A stretch of DNA of 64,000 bases from an uncultured Chloroflexia bacterium (GTDB lineage Bacteria > Chloroflexota > Limnocylindria > Limnocylindrales > CSP1-4): assembly GCA_963813335.1 (NCBI GenBank), contig CAWEYL010000001.1:928001-992000 (forward strand). The letters are read 5' to 3'. Both the position numbers and the translations under genes were made by a program. Shown here in pieces: positions 20,569 to 30,409 of the stretch (position 1 is its first letter; each line of letters opens with the position of its first letter). The notes under the pieces were generated by a model. That model saw only the letters and a list, made by a program, of their open reading frames with translations. It was not told the DNA's origin and did not search any database.

Positions 20569-22440
20569 CTACGACCGCTTCTCGGGGACGCCGACGAAGC
20601 GCAGGCCGAGCTCCTCGTACTGGCTCGGCTCGGGCGGCGACGGGGCCTCGAGCATCGGGTCCGTGCCGGACTGGGTCTTGGGGAAGGCCATGACCTCGCG
20701 GATATTGGTCTGGCCGGCGAAGATCATCGCCCAGCGGTCGATGCCGAGCGCGATACCGCCGTGGGGCGGCGCGCCGTAGTCGAAGGCGTCGAGGACGGCC
20801 CCGAACTTCTCGTGCATGCCCTCGACGGACTGGCCCTGGAGCCGGAAGCTGCGCTCCAGCAGGTCGCGCCGATGGATGCGGATCGAGCCGCCGCCGAGCT
20901 CCCAGCCGTTGAGCGCCAGGTCGTACTGCATCGCGCGGGCGCGTCCGGCCGGGTCGCCGGGGCTCGGCCGGTCGGGGTCGCCGGTGGTGGTCACGAGCAT
21001 CGCCTCGTCCTCCGGGACCACGCCGCTGAACGGGTTGTGGGTCGCATGCCAGCGTTCGTTCTCGGGATCCCACTCGTACATCGGGAAGCGATGGATCCAC
21101 GCGTACGAGAGCACGTCCGGATCCGCCAGCCCGAGCTGCTCGCCGAGCTCGACCCGCAGCCGCCCGAGCACGTCGCCGGTGACAGCGGCACTGTCGGCCA
21201 CGATCAGCAGCAGGTCGCCCTCCCCCGCCCCGCTCCGCTCGAGCAGCGCCCGCTTCGTGTCGTCGGACAGGAACTTGGCGATCGGTCCCTTGGCGTCGCC
21301 GTCGGCGCCGAACGCGAGATGCGCCAGCCCGCGGGCGCCGAAGCGCTTGGCGCGCTCGGTCAGCTCGTCGATCTCGCGCCGCGTCGCGCCGCCCATCCCG
21401 GGTGCCACGATGCCGCGCACCCGGCCACCGCCGGCAAGCGTGTCGTCGAAGACGCTGAAGCCCGAAGCCGGCGCCCCGTCGGGATCGACCAGCGCCGGGG
21501 CCAGGTCGACCAGCTCCATCCCGAAGCGCAGGTCCGGCTTGTCGGACCCGTAGCGCTCCATGACCTCGTCGTACGTGTACATCGGGAACGGGACCTGGGC
21601 GATCGGCCGGTCCGGGGCGGTCGCCTTCGACACCGCGATCGCCATCGATTCGACGAAGGCCATGACGGTCGCCTCGTCGACGAAGCTCATCTCGAGGTCG
21701 AGCTGCGTGAACTCCGGCTGGCGGTCGCCGCGCAGGTCCTCGTCGCGGTAGCAGCGGGCGATCTGGAAGTAGCGATCGATCCCGGCGACCATCAGCAGCT
21801 GCTTGAGCTGCTGCGGGCTCTGCGGCAGGGCGTAGACGGTGCCCGGCTGGAGGCGCGAGGGGACCACGAAGTCGCGCGCACCCTCGGGCGTGCTCTTGAT
21901 CAGGGTCGGCGTCTCGACCTCGACGAAGCCGTGCGCGTGATGGACCTCGCGGATGGCGTGGACCATGCGCGACCGGAGCAGGAGCCGGTCGGCCATCGGC
22001 TGGCGCCGGATGTCGAGATAGCGGTACTTGAGCCGCACGATCTCGTCGACCGGTGCGTCGGGCTCGTTGATGTAGAAGGGCGGCGTCTTCGCCTCCGACA
22101 GGATCTCGATGCCCGTCGCCTGCAGCTCGATCGCGCCCGTCGGCAGCCTCGGGTTCTCGGTCCCCGGCAGGCGCAGCGCGACGGTTCCGACCGCGCTGAC
22201 CACGAACTCCGGCCGGATCCGGTCCGCGTCGGCGTGGGCGGTCGGGGCGTCGGCCTTGTCGATCACGACCTGGGTGATGCCATGGCGGTCGCGCAGGTCC
22301 AGGAAGATCAGCTGGCCGTGGTCGCGACGGCGGTGCACCCAGCCCGACAGCCGGGCGCTGGCGCCGGCGTCCGCGGCGCGCAGCTCCCCGTTGGTGTGCG
22401 TGCGGTAGGGCGTGGCGAGGCTGGGTCGGGTGTCGGTCAT
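20569..22440 (-). CDS. aspS: Aspartate--tRNA ligase, probably non-discriminating (Asp/Asn)
   Basis: YRTH, RRRDHG, STPEGARDF, LPQSPQ, DRQPEFTQLD, GAPPHGGIALG, AFPKT. Confidence 0.98.
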   Translation of the reverse strand: MTDTRPSLATPYRTHTNGELRAADAGASARLSGWVHRRRDHGQLIFLDLRDRHGITQVVIDKADAPTAHADADRIRPEFVVSAVGTVALRLPGTENPRLPTGAIELQATGIEILSEAKTPPFYINEPDAPVDEIVRLKYRYLDIRRQPMADRLLLRSRMVHAIREVHHAHGFVEVETPTLIKSTPEGARDFVVPSRLQPGTVYALPQSPQQLKQLLMVAGIDRYFQIARCYRDEDLRGDRQPEFTQLDLEMSFVDEATVMAFVESMAIAVSKATAPDRPIAQVPFPMYTYDEVMERYGSDKPDLRFGMELVDLAPALVDPDGAPASGFSVFDDTLAGGGRVRGIVAPGMGGATRREIDELTERAKRFGARGLAHLAFGADGDAKGPIAKFLSDDTKRALLERSGAGEGDLLLIVADSAAVTGDVLGRLRVELGEQLGLADPDVLSYAWIHRFPMYEWDPENERWHATHNPFSGVVPEDEAMLVTTTGDPDRPSPGDPAGRARAMQYDLALNGWELGGGSIRIHRRDLLERSFRLQGQSVEGMHEKFGAVLDAFDYGAPPHGGIALGIDRWAMIFAGQTNIREVMAFPKTQSGTDPMLEAPSPPEPSQYEELGLRFVGVPEKRS

Positions 22441-22496
22441 GGCCGGCGTATCGTAGTCGACGCGGGGGGACCGGACCGGATCCCAGGAGGATCGAG

Positions 22497-22877
22497 ATGC
22501 TCGCCCAGCGACGGGCGCACACGGCGCTGCCGACCCACGATGTCGACGCGCTCCGACCCTTCTACGAGGACGTCCTCGGATTCACCCCTCGCGCGATCCG
22601 GACGGGCGCGGTCGTCTACGACGCCGGCGAGGGATCGCTGTTCGCGATCTCGAGGAGCGGCGCGCCGTCGACCTCGACCCACACGCAGATGGCCTTCACG
22701 GTCCCCGACATCGAGGCGGCGGTCGCCGCCCTGCAGGGGCGTGGCGTGGTCTTCGAGGCGTACGAGACGCCGAAGACCGAGGGCGGCATCGCGAGGATCG
22801 GTCCCGGGCGTGCCGCGTGGTTCAAGGACCCGCACGGCAACCTGCTCGCGCTCCTCGAGTTCGACGACCCCGTCTGA
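22497..22877 (+). CDS. VOC/glyoxalase family protein
   Basis: FYEDVLG, F.VPDIEA..L..RGV, AWFKDPHGN; AGGAGG Shine-Dalgarno. Confidence 0.88.
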   Translation: MLAQRRAHTALPTHDVDALRPFYEDVLGFTPRAIRTGAVVYDAGEGSLFAISRSGAPSTSTHTQMAFTVPDIEAAVAALQGRGVVFEAYETPKTEGGIARIGPGRAAWFKDPHGNLLALLEFDDPV

Positions 22878-22902
22878 CCGCGGTCTCGCCTGAACCGAGC
22901 GG

Positions 22903-23205
22903 TCAGGCGTCGCGGCCGCGCAGCAACGAGACGCGGAACGGGCGGAGCTCGCCACGCGCGTAGCCGCCGGCGATGACCGGGTCCTCCTCCATGAACCGGC
23001 GCGCAGCGTCCTCATCTGGCGCCTCGAAGATCGTGATGCCGGTGTTGACGCTGCCGAGCGTCGGCCCGACGAGGATCAGGATGCCGTCCGCCAGGGCCTG
23101 CTCGAACCGCTCGAAATGGACGCCCCAGACGGCCCCCTCCTCGTCGGTCATGGTCGCCGCGAAGTCGGCGCGGAGCGGGTGGATGAAGTAGATCCATTCG
23201 GCCAT
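22903..23205 (-). CDS. YciI family protein
   Basis: H......L...G.L...GP, IFEA.DE..A..FMEEDP pattern. Confidence 0.82.
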   Translation of the reverse strand: MAEWIYFIHPLRADFAATMTDEEGAVWGVHFERFEQALADGILILVGPTLGSVNTGITIFEAPDEDAARRFMEEDPVIAGGYARGELRPFRVSLLRGRDA

Positions 23206-23212
23206 GCGACGG

Positions 23213-23992
23213 TCACTCCTTCCGCAGGCGCCAGATCGACTCCGCCGGCCAGCGGCGCGCCCAGGCCACGTCCTCCGGATCCCGATACGAGCTGACGGCG
23301 CCCTCTGGCGGTCGCGGCTCGATGAGGTCCTCCACGATGAACCCGTTGTCCCGGAACAGCCGGATCCAGGTGCCGTACGGCAGGTTGAAGGTGATCTCGC
23401 CGTCATCCTCGATGCGGCGCAGGTCGAAGTAGTCGATGAGCAGGCGGTCGCCCATGTGCTCATCGCCGGCTGGCCACACCAGGTCGGCGATCGCCGACCC
23501 GTGGCTGAACGCGAACAAGCCACCGGAACGGAGCAGTCGTGCCGCCTCGGGCACGGTCCGGTACGGATCTGCGAAGGTCATCGCGCCGTGGTCGCAGAAG
23601 ACGATGTCGAAGCTGGCGTCGGGCAGCGGGACGCGCTCGGCGCTCGCGTGGACCAGCCGGACGTCCACGCCGGCGGCATCGACCAGCCGCCGGGCGTGCT
23701 CCAGCTGTCGCGCCGACAGGTCGATCCCGACGGTGCGCGCTCCACGCTTCGCGAGCGCGATCGACCACTGGGCCGCGCCGCAGCCGAACTCGAGGACGTC
23801 CTTGCCGGCGACGTCGCCCAGCACGTGGAGCTCTTCCTCGGGGATCTGGAACATGCCCCAGGCGTATCCGTCGTGGGTCGCCAGCTGGTCGCCGTGGAGG
23901 GCCTGGTACTCGTCCGAGTAGGCGTCCCACGACGCGCGGTTCTGCGCCTCGTGCTCGCGCAGGCTGTCGGTCGTCTCGGGGTCGTTGGTCAT
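23213..23992 (-). CDS. Class I SAM-dependent methyltransferase
   Basis: VLEFGCGAA, GIDLS, LPDASFDIV, LRSGG. Confidence 0.9.
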   Translation of the reverse strand: MTNDPETTDSLREHEAQNRASWDAYSDEYQALHGDQLATHDGYAWGMFQIPEEELHVLGDVAGKDVLEFGCGAAQWSIALAKRGARTVGIDLSARQLEHARRLVDAAGVDVRLVHASAERVPLPDASFDIVFCDHGAMTFADPYRTVPEAARLLRSGGLFAFSHGSAIADLVWPAGDEHMGDRLLIDYFDLRRIEDDGEITFNLPYGTWIRLFRDNGFIVEDLIEPRPPEGAVSSYRDPEDVAWARRWPAESIWRLRKE

Positions 23993-25302
23993 GCCACTCC
24001 TCCGCCCCTCCCATCGCCGTGGTGGTGCGCCCCATGCGCCCGGGCCACCTCGCGGCCAAGGTCCGCGAGCGGGACACCTTTCTGCGTGCCGGCCGGCAGG
24101 TCGCGCAGGAGCACCTCGCCGTCCGCAAGCTCGTCGCCGACGATCACCGCGAAATGCGCCCCGTCGCGGGCCGCCGCCTCGAGCTGCTTGCCGAGCTTGC
24201 GCCGCGAGAGCTCGGCGCGCGCCGCGATGCCGGCCGCGCGCAGCTCCGTGGCGATGACCAGGCGGGCCGACGTGTCGTCCGGATCGGCGCCCACGACCAC
24301 CGCGACCGGTGCGGCGGTGGCGTCCGTCACCGTGGCACCGGCCGCCGCCAGCGCGAGGACCACGCGGTCCAGCCCGATCCCGAAGCCGATCCCCGGCGTC
24401 GGCCGGCCGCCGAGCAGCTCCACCAGGCCGTCGTAGCGGCCGCCCCCGCCGACCGCCTGCTGCTGGCCCTCGCGCCCCGCGACGTAGAACTCGAACGCGG
24501 TCCGCGTGTAGTAGTCGAGGCCACGCACGAGGCCCGGCTCGAGGCGGACGCGGACACCGAGCGCGGCCAGGTGCGCCTGGACGGCCGTGAAATGCGCGGC
24601 GCAGGCAGCGCAGAGGTGGTCCGTGATGCGCGGCGCCGCCGCGTTGATCGCGACCATCGCGGGATCCTTCGAATCCAGCAGCCGCAGCGGGTTGCGCGCC
24701 AGGCGCTCGCGCTCGGCGGGCGGCAGGCGGTCGGCGTGCTCGCCGTAGTACGCGGTCAACGCCGCGAGGTACGCCGGTCGGCAGGCCGGATCGCCGATCG
24801 AGTTGAGCGAGACCTCCACGCCCTCGAGGCCGACCTCGCGGAAGTAGCGCGCCCCGAGCTCGATGATCTCGGCATCGACGGCCGGACCGGCATCGCCGAT
24901 GGCCTCCACGTCGAACTGCCAGAACTGGCGGTACCGCCCGGCCTGCGGCCGGTCGTAGCGGAACATCGGGCCGGTCTGGGTCAGCTTCACGGGCTGCGGC
25001 CAGGTCTGCATGCCGTGCTGCACGTAGGCTCGGACGATCCCCGCCGTGGGTTCCGGGCGGAGCGCCCAGGACTCGCCGTCCTCGGTCCGCGGCGCGAGCC
25101 GGAACAGCTCCTTCTCGACGACGTCGGTGACCTCGCCGATGCCGCGCTCGAAGACGTCGGCCTGCTCGAACAGCGGTGTCTCGATGCGCTGGTACCCGTA
25201 GCGCGCGGCGAGGTCGGCGGCGGTCCGCTCGAGGCGCGACCAGGTCGGCGTCTCGGTTGGCAGCAGGTCGCGCGTGCCGCGCGGGGCTCGGAAGGTCGGC
25301 AT
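23989..25302 (-). CDS. hisS: Histidine--tRNA ligase
   Basis: RGTRD, LRPEPTA, FRYDRPQAGRYRQF, VRGLDYY, GGGRYDGL. Confidence 0.98.
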   Translation of the reverse strand: MPTFRAPRGTRDLLPTETPTWSRLERTAADLAARYGYQRIETPLFEQADVFERGIGEVTDVVEKELFRLAPRTEDGESWALRPEPTAGIVRAYVQHGMQTWPQPVKLTQTGPMFRYDRPQAGRYRQFWQFDVEAIGDAGPAVDAEIIELGARYFREVGLEGVEVSLNSIGDPACRPAYLAALTAYYGEHADRLPPAERERLARNPLRLLDSKDPAMVAINAAAPRITDHLCAACAAHFTAVQAHLAALGVRVRLEPGLVRGLDYYTRTAFEFYVAGREGQQQAVGGGGRYDGLVELLGGRPTPGIGFGIGLDRVVLALAAAGATVTDATAAPVAVVVGADPDDTSARLVIATELRAAGIAARAELSRRKLGKQLEAAARDGAHFAVIVGDELADGEVLLRDLPAGTQKGVPLADLGREVARAHGAHHHGDGRGGGVA

Positions 25303-25353
25303 CGGGCCGAGTCTAGCGGCCGCGGACCGGCGCGGGCGAGGTCAGCCGACCCG

Positions 25354-27648
25354 TCAGCCGAGGTCGCGCTGGACGCTGATGACGTCCTTGAGGGTCTCGA
25401 TGCGGCTCATGAGGCGGGCCAGCTGGCTGACCGAGTGGACCTGCAGCGTCGCGGTGACGACCGCGGTGTGGTCCGGGGTAACGGCGACCTGGGCGGCGAC
25501 GATGTTGACCTTGTTCTCGGCCACCACCTGGGTGATATCCGAGAGCAGCCCTGTCCGGTCGTACGCCTCGACCCGGATCGCGATCGGGTAGCTCTGGGTG
25601 GGCTCGGCCTCCCACTCGGCCTCGATGAGCCGGCTGACCTCGCGCTCGTTGACCACGGTCGGGCAGGTCTGGAGGTGGACCGTGACGCCCTTGCCGCGGG
25701 TGATGAACCCGACGATCGGGTCGCCCGGGATCGGGTGGCAGCACTTGGCGAACCGGACGAGGAGGTCGCCGACGCCCTTGACCCGGACGCCGCCGGTGCG
25801 GACCAGCTGCTGCGGCGGCGCGATCGTCGGGAGGGACGTCTGCCCGTCGTCGACGACGCCGAGGCGCATGACCACCGACTGCGCGCCGACGGCGCCGTAG
25901 CCGATGGCCGCGTAGAAGTCATCGAGCGTCTCGTAGTTGTAGGCCTTGGCGACCTCGACGACGCGGTCGACGCCGACCGTGGCGATGGAGGTCCGGGCCA
26001 GCCGGCGCAGCTCGCGCTCGAGCGACTCGCGGCCGTGGACGATGTTCTCGTCGCGGTCCTTGCGCTTGAACCATTGGCGGATCTTCTCCCGCGCGTGGCT
26101 GGTCCGGACGACGTTCATCCAGTCGCGCGACGGCCCGTGCTCGCCCTTGGTCGTGACGATCTCGACGATGTCGCCGTTCTTGAGGCGATAGTCGAGCGGG
26201 ACCAGCCGGTTGTTGACCTTGGCGCCGATCGTGCGGTGGCCGACGTCGGTGTGGATGCGGTAGGCGAAGTCGAGCGGGGTCGCGCCGGCCGGCAGGTCCT
26301 TGATGTCGCCCTTCGGGGTGAACACGAAGACCTGGTCCTGGAAGATGTCGAGCTTGATGCCCTCGACGAACTCGGTGGCGTCGCTGACGTCGCGCTGCCA
26401 GTCCATCAGCTGGCGCAGCCAGGCGAGCTTGGCGTCGTACTCGCGGTCGGACTTGGTCCCCTCCTTGTAGCGCCAGTGGGCGGCGATGCCGACCTCGGAG
26501 ACCTGGTGCATCTGGTGCGTCCGGATCTGGATCTCGAGCGGCTTGCCGTCGAGCGCGATCACCGCGGTGTGCAGCGACTGGTAGAGGTTGTTCTTCGGGA
26601 CCGCGATGTAGTCGTCGAACTGGCCGGGGATGGGCCGCCAGATGGAGTGGACGATGCCGAGCGCCGCGTAGCAGTCGCGGACCTCGTCCACGAGCACGCG
26701 GATGGCGTACACGTCGTAGATCTCGCCGAACTCCGCGCTCTTGCGCTGCATCTTCTTCCAGATGCTGTAGATGTGCTTCGGGCGGCCCTCGATGTCGGCC
26801 TGGATGCCCGCCGCCTCGAGCTTCGGACGAAGGTCGGCGATGGCGCGCTCGATGTAGCTCTCGCGGCCCTTGCGCCGCGTGTCGAGGAGCTTGGCGAGCT
26901 CGCGGAAGGTCTCGGGCTCGAGCACCTTGAAGGCGAGGTCCTCGAGCTCCCACTTCATCTGCCAGATCCCGAGCCGCTCGGCCAGCGGCGCGTAGATCTC
27001 CATCGTCTGGCGGGCGATGCGCTGCTGCTTCTCCGACGGGAGGCCGTACAGGGTGCGCATGTTGTGCAGCCGGTCGGCCAGCTTGATGAGGACGACCCGG
27101 ATGTCCTCGGCCATCGCCAGCAGCATCTTGCGGATGTTCTCGGCCTGCTGCTGCTCGTGGCTATGGGTGCTGAACTTGGAGAGCTTGGTGACCCCGTCGA
27201 CGAGCTGGGCCACCTCGGGTCCGAAGCGTTCCTCGACGTCGGTGAGGCTGTACTCGGTGTCCTCGGGGACGTCGTGGAGGAGTGCCGCCTCGATGGCGAT
27301 CGGGTCGACGCCCAGGTCGGCGAGGATCTGCGCCGAGGCGATGGGGTGGGTGACGTACGGCTCGCCGGTGGCACGGCGCTGGCCCTTGTGGGCGTCGACG
27401 GCGACGTCGAAGGCCCGATCGACCGGCTCGAGGCTGGCATCCGGGTAGTGGCGGGCGATCTCGGTCTTCAGCGCCGTGCGCAGCGCCTCGAGGTCCGGCT
27501 CCCCGCCCGACGGCCCGCGGGCGATGGCCGGGGCGCGGCGCGGACCTCTCCGAGAGGCGGCGTCGACGGGAGCGGACGCGGCCTTGCCCGGGCCGGGAGC
27601 CGCCTTGGGCCCGGCGGGGGTCTTCGTGCGGGCGGAGCTGGTCGCCAT
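25354..27648 (-). CDS. rel: Bifunctional (p)ppGpp synthetase/hydrolase (long RSH)
   Basis: HD domain LLHDVPED, KLADRLHNMRT, GRPKHIYSI, YQSLHT, EIQIRT, TGS (DFAYRIHT), ZFD (KCCHP), ACT. Confidence 0.97.
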   Translation of the reverse strand: MATSSARTKTPAGPKAAPGPGKAASAPVDAASRRGPRRAPAIARGPSGGEPDLEALRTALKTEIARHYPDASLEPVDRAFDVAVDAHKGQRRATGEPYVTHPIASAQILADLGVDPIAIEAALLHDVPEDTEYSLTDVEERFGPEVAQLVDGVTKLSKFSTHSHEQQQAENIRKMLLAMAEDIRVVLIKLADRLHNMRTLYGLPSEKQQRIARQTMEIYAPLAERLGIWQMKWELEDLAFKVLEPETFRELAKLLDTRRKGRESYIERAIADLRPKLEAAGIQADIEGRPKHIYSIWKKMQRKSAEFGEIYDVYAIRVLVDEVRDCYAALGIVHSIWRPIPGQFDDYIAVPKNNLYQSLHTAVIALDGKPLEIQIRTHQMHQVSEVGIAAHWRYKEGTKSDREYDAKLAWLRQLMDWQRDVSDATEFVEGIKLDIFQDQVFVFTPKGDIKDLPAGATPLDFAYRIHTDVGHRTIGAKVNNRLVPLDYRLKNGDIVEIVTTKGEHGPSRDWMNVVRTSHAREKIRQWFKRKDRDENIVHGRESLERELRRLARTSIATVGVDRVVEVAKAYNYETLDDFYAAIGYGAVGAQSVVMRLGVVDDGQTSLPTIAPPQQLVRTGGVRVKGVGDLLVRFAKCCHPIPGDPIVGFITRGKGVTVHLQTCPTVVNEREVSRLIEAEWEAEPTQSYPIAIRVEAYDRTGLLSDITQVVAENKVNIVAAQVAVTPDHTAVVTATLQVHSVSQLARLMSRIETLKDVISVQRDLG

Positions 27649-29306
27649 GGGCCGCAAGGATAGCAGCGGGTCAGCCGGTATCCCATGTGACGAAGGGCTG
27701 CCTCCGCCTCGGCTCGTTCGTCCCAGGCCACGGGTCCGGAAGCGCCGATGATCGAGCGCTCGTGGCCCTTGCCCGCGAGCAGGACGACGTCGCCCGGGCG
27801 GGCCCGCTCGAACGCCGCCTCGATGGCGGCGCGACGGTCGGCGATCAGGAGCAGGTCGTGGCCGCGGCGCATGCCGCCGTGCTCGGCGCCCCGGGCGATC
27901 TCGTCGATGATGGCGTCGCGGTCCTCGCCGCGCGGATCCTCGTCGGTCACCACCACGAGCCGCGCCCGCTCGGCCGCGATCCGGCCCATCAGCGGCCGCT
28001 TGGCGGTGTCGCGCTCGCCCGCCGAGCCGAAGACCGCGATGACCCCGCCGCCCTGGGCCGCCGCGACCGGCGCGAGGAGGTCGAGCACGGTCTGGAGCGA
28101 GGCCGGGCTGTGGGCGTAGTCCACGATGACCCCGAACGGCTGCCCGAGCTCGAGGCGCTCCATCCGGCCCGGCACGCCCGCCAGCGCGGCGAGGCCCCCG
28201 CGGACCGCTTCCGCGTCGAGCCCGACCGCCTCGCCGAGGGCGACGACGGCGAGCGCGTTCGCCGCGTTGAAGCGGCCGGCAAGCTGGAGCTCGAGCGTCG
28301 CGCCACCGGACGGCGAGTCGTAGGCCACGCGCAGGCCGCGCGCGTCCTCCTCGATCCGTGTGGCGCGGACGTCTGCCGAGGCGTCCGTGCCGTACGTGAC
28401 GATCCGTGCGCCGGCCTCCTGGGCGACCCCGATGAACCGCCCGGCGAGCGCGTCGTCGGCGTTGACGATCGCGGTCTTCGGCCAGCCGACGCCCTCGGGC
28501 TTGGGGCCGCCTGCCGGCTCGCGGCCGAGTCGCTCGAAGAGCGACAGCTTGGCGTCGACATACGCCTCCCATGACCCGTGGAACTCGAGGTGCTCGTGGC
28601 TGACGTTGGTCAGGATCGCGATGTCGTAGCCCACGCCGCCGACGCGGTCGAGCGCCAGCCCATGCGAGGTCGTCTCGAGGACCGCGGCGCGGTCGCCAGC
28701 GGCGACCATCGCGCGGAGGCCGGCCTGCAGCCGGGCGGCGCCGGGCGTCGTCGCGTGCTCCTCGTTGGGCTCCTGCCGGCCGCCGATCCTGGTCGCGGCC
28801 GTGCCGATCATCCCGGTCCGCACCCCGGCCGCCTCGAGCGCGGCCGTCGCGAGGAAGGACGTCGTGGTCTTGCCGTCCGTCCCGGTGATCCCGACCACGG
28901 CCAGCTCGCGGCTCGGGTCGCCGTACCACCACGAGGCCGCGACCGCGACCGCGGGCTGACTCCGGTCCACGATGAGCTGCGGCAGCGCGACCTCGGGGAG
29001 CGGCCGCTCCACGATCGCCGCGGCCGCGCCCGCCGCCGCGGCCCGGGCGACGAACTCGTGGCCGTCCGCGTGGTCGCCGGCGATCGCGACGAACAGGCTC
29101 CCGCGGCCGACCGCCCGGGAATCGTCGGTGACGCCGCGGATTTCGAGGGACGCGAGGCCGCGAGGACCGATCGCCCGGCCGTCGAGGCGGGCGCCGCGCA
29201 GCCGGCCCTCGGCCGTGAGCCGGTCGATGAGACCGCTGAGGCGCGCCGGCTCGGTGGGCTCGGCACCGGCGATGCGCTGCACGATCGTGCGCTCGTCGGC
29301 GGTCAT
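27468..29306 (-). CDS. murE: UDP-MurNAc-L-Ala-D-Glu--diamino acid ligase MurE (true stop probably 27671; as sequenced the ORF runs into rel)
   Basis: GITGTDGKTTT, TTP, ETTSHGL, EHLEFH, GRME, DYAH, EDPR, AGKGHE. Confidence 0.93.
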   Translation of the reverse strand: MTADERTIVQRIAGAEPTEPARLSGLIDRLTAEGRLRGARLDGRAIGPRGLASLEIRGVTDDSRAVGRGSLFVAIAGDHADGHEFVARAAAAGAAAAIVERPLPEVALPQLIVDRSQPAVAVAASWWYGDPSRELAVVGITGTDGKTTTSFLATAALEAAGVRTGMIGTAATRIGGRQEPNEEHATTPGAARLQAGLRAMVAAGDRAAVLETTSHGLALDRVGGVGYDIAILTNVSHEHLEFHGSWEAYVDAKLSLFERLGREPAGGPKPEGVGWPKTAIVNADDALAGRFIGVAQEAGARIVTYGTDASADVRATRIEEDARGLRVAYDSPSGGATLELQLAGRFNAANALAVVALGEAVGLDAEAVRGGLAALAGVPGRMERLELGQPFGVIVDYAHSPASLQTVLDLLAPVAAAQGGGVIAVFGSAGERDTAKRPLMGRIAAERARLVVVTDEDPRGEDRDAIIDEIARGAEHGGMRRGHDLLLIADRRAAIEAAFERARPGDVVLLAGKGHERSIIGASGPVAWDERAEAEAALRHMGYRLTRCYPCGPWRPAPPARRPPPGPRRLPARARPRPLPSTPPLGEVRAAPRPSPAGRRAGSRTSRRCARR

Positions 29307-30409
29307 CGACGGACCGACGTCGTGAGGCGGCCGGTGAGCCGTCCGGCCGAGTAGCGCCACGAGCGCATCACCAGCTCGTGGGCGCCGGTCATCTCGACCC
29401 AGCGTGCCCCGAACGAGCGCTTGTGCTCGTAGAGGCCCGCCATCGGGTCGCCCGCGACCGGCTCGCGGTGATCCGGACCGGTGTCCACGCCGCCCAGGTC
29501 CATCTCGTCGCGGCCCTCGCGGATCGCGAGCTGGATCGCCCGCCAGCGGAGCAGGTGCATGACCCCCGGGTGGGCGTCGCGGACGCCCGGGCCGTCGGCG
29601 GAGTGGACGGTGGTCAGGCGGCGGCCGTGCCGGTACAGGACCAGCCCCGCGACCGCGGCGCCCCCGGCGTTCGCCTCGAGCAGGACGAGGTGGCCGCGGT
29701 CGTGGGCCATCCGCCACCAGGGCACGAACGCCGACCTCGGGCCGAACCGGAAGTGGCGACGGTCGCCGGTGGCCTCGAGCAGCGTGTAAAACGCGTCGAG
29801 CGCCTCGGGCAGCGTCCGAGCGGGCCGGTCGAAGCCGAGGTCATCCGCCGGCGCGCCGGCCGTGTCGTACCGGGCGATGCGCAGGGCGGAGCCCTCGGCC
29901 GCCGCGATCCGCTGCCGGGTGGACTTGCTGAACCCCGCGCGGACCGTGTCGTCGTCCGTGCCGGGGACCAGCGGCAGCGAGAGCCGGTGGCGCGACGGCT
30001 GGATCTCCGGGATCGGGTGGAATCCCGCGGCCCGTAGCGCCGGACCGTAGCTGGTGGCGGCCGGGATCTCGGCGTCGCTGGCGATGACGTCCACGCCGCG
30101 GTCGCCGAGCCAGCTCGCCACAGCCACGAGCCGCGCGGCCGCGGGCTCGCCGTCGTCGCCGGGATCGCCCGAGGTGACCGGGCCGCGCGGGACGTACGCC
30201 CCCGCCCCGCCGACCAGCGCCCACGGCCGGCTCAGGACCAGCGCAGGGTGCGTCCCGTCGGCGATGAGGTAGCGCGCCCGCCAGCCGGTGGCCGCGCGGT
30301 GCTCGGCCCAGGCCCGCGACTGGTAGACGTGGCCGGCGGCGCTCTCGACCGTCCGGCGGTCCCAGTCCACCAGTTCCGCGTCGGTCGCGTCGCGGACCTC
30401 GATGGTCAC
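29303..30409 (-). CDS. FemABX-family peptidoglycan bridge peptidyltransferase (copy 2)
   Basis: YQSRAW, YVPRGPV, FSKSTRQRI, HLLRWRAI, DLGG, GLYEHKRSFG. Confidence 0.85.
   Translation of the reverse strand: MTIEVRDATDAELVDWDRRTVESAAGHVYQSRAWAEHRAATGWRARYLIADGTHPALVLSRPWALVGGAGAYVPRGPVTSGDPGDDGEPAAARLVAVASWLGDRGVDVIASDAEIPAATSYGPALRAAGFHPIPEIQPSRHRLSLPLVPGTDDDTVRAGFSKSTRQRIAAAEGSALRIARYDTAGAPADDLGFDRPARTLPEALDAFYTLLEATGDRRHFRFGPRSAFVPWWRMAHDRGHLVLLEANAGGAAVAGLVLYRHGRRLTTVHSADGPGVRDAHPGVMHLLRWRAIQLAIREGRDEMDLGGVDTGPDHREPVAGDPMAGLYEHKRSFGARWVEMTGAHELVMRSWRYSAGRLTGRLTTSVRR

Noticed and set aside
23539-27663. Very long antisense/alternative-frame ORFs (this 1374-aa one, also 9012-11939 and 34242-36512)
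   Set aside because: Shadow ORFs expected from extreme GC content; they mirror real genes and have no motifs
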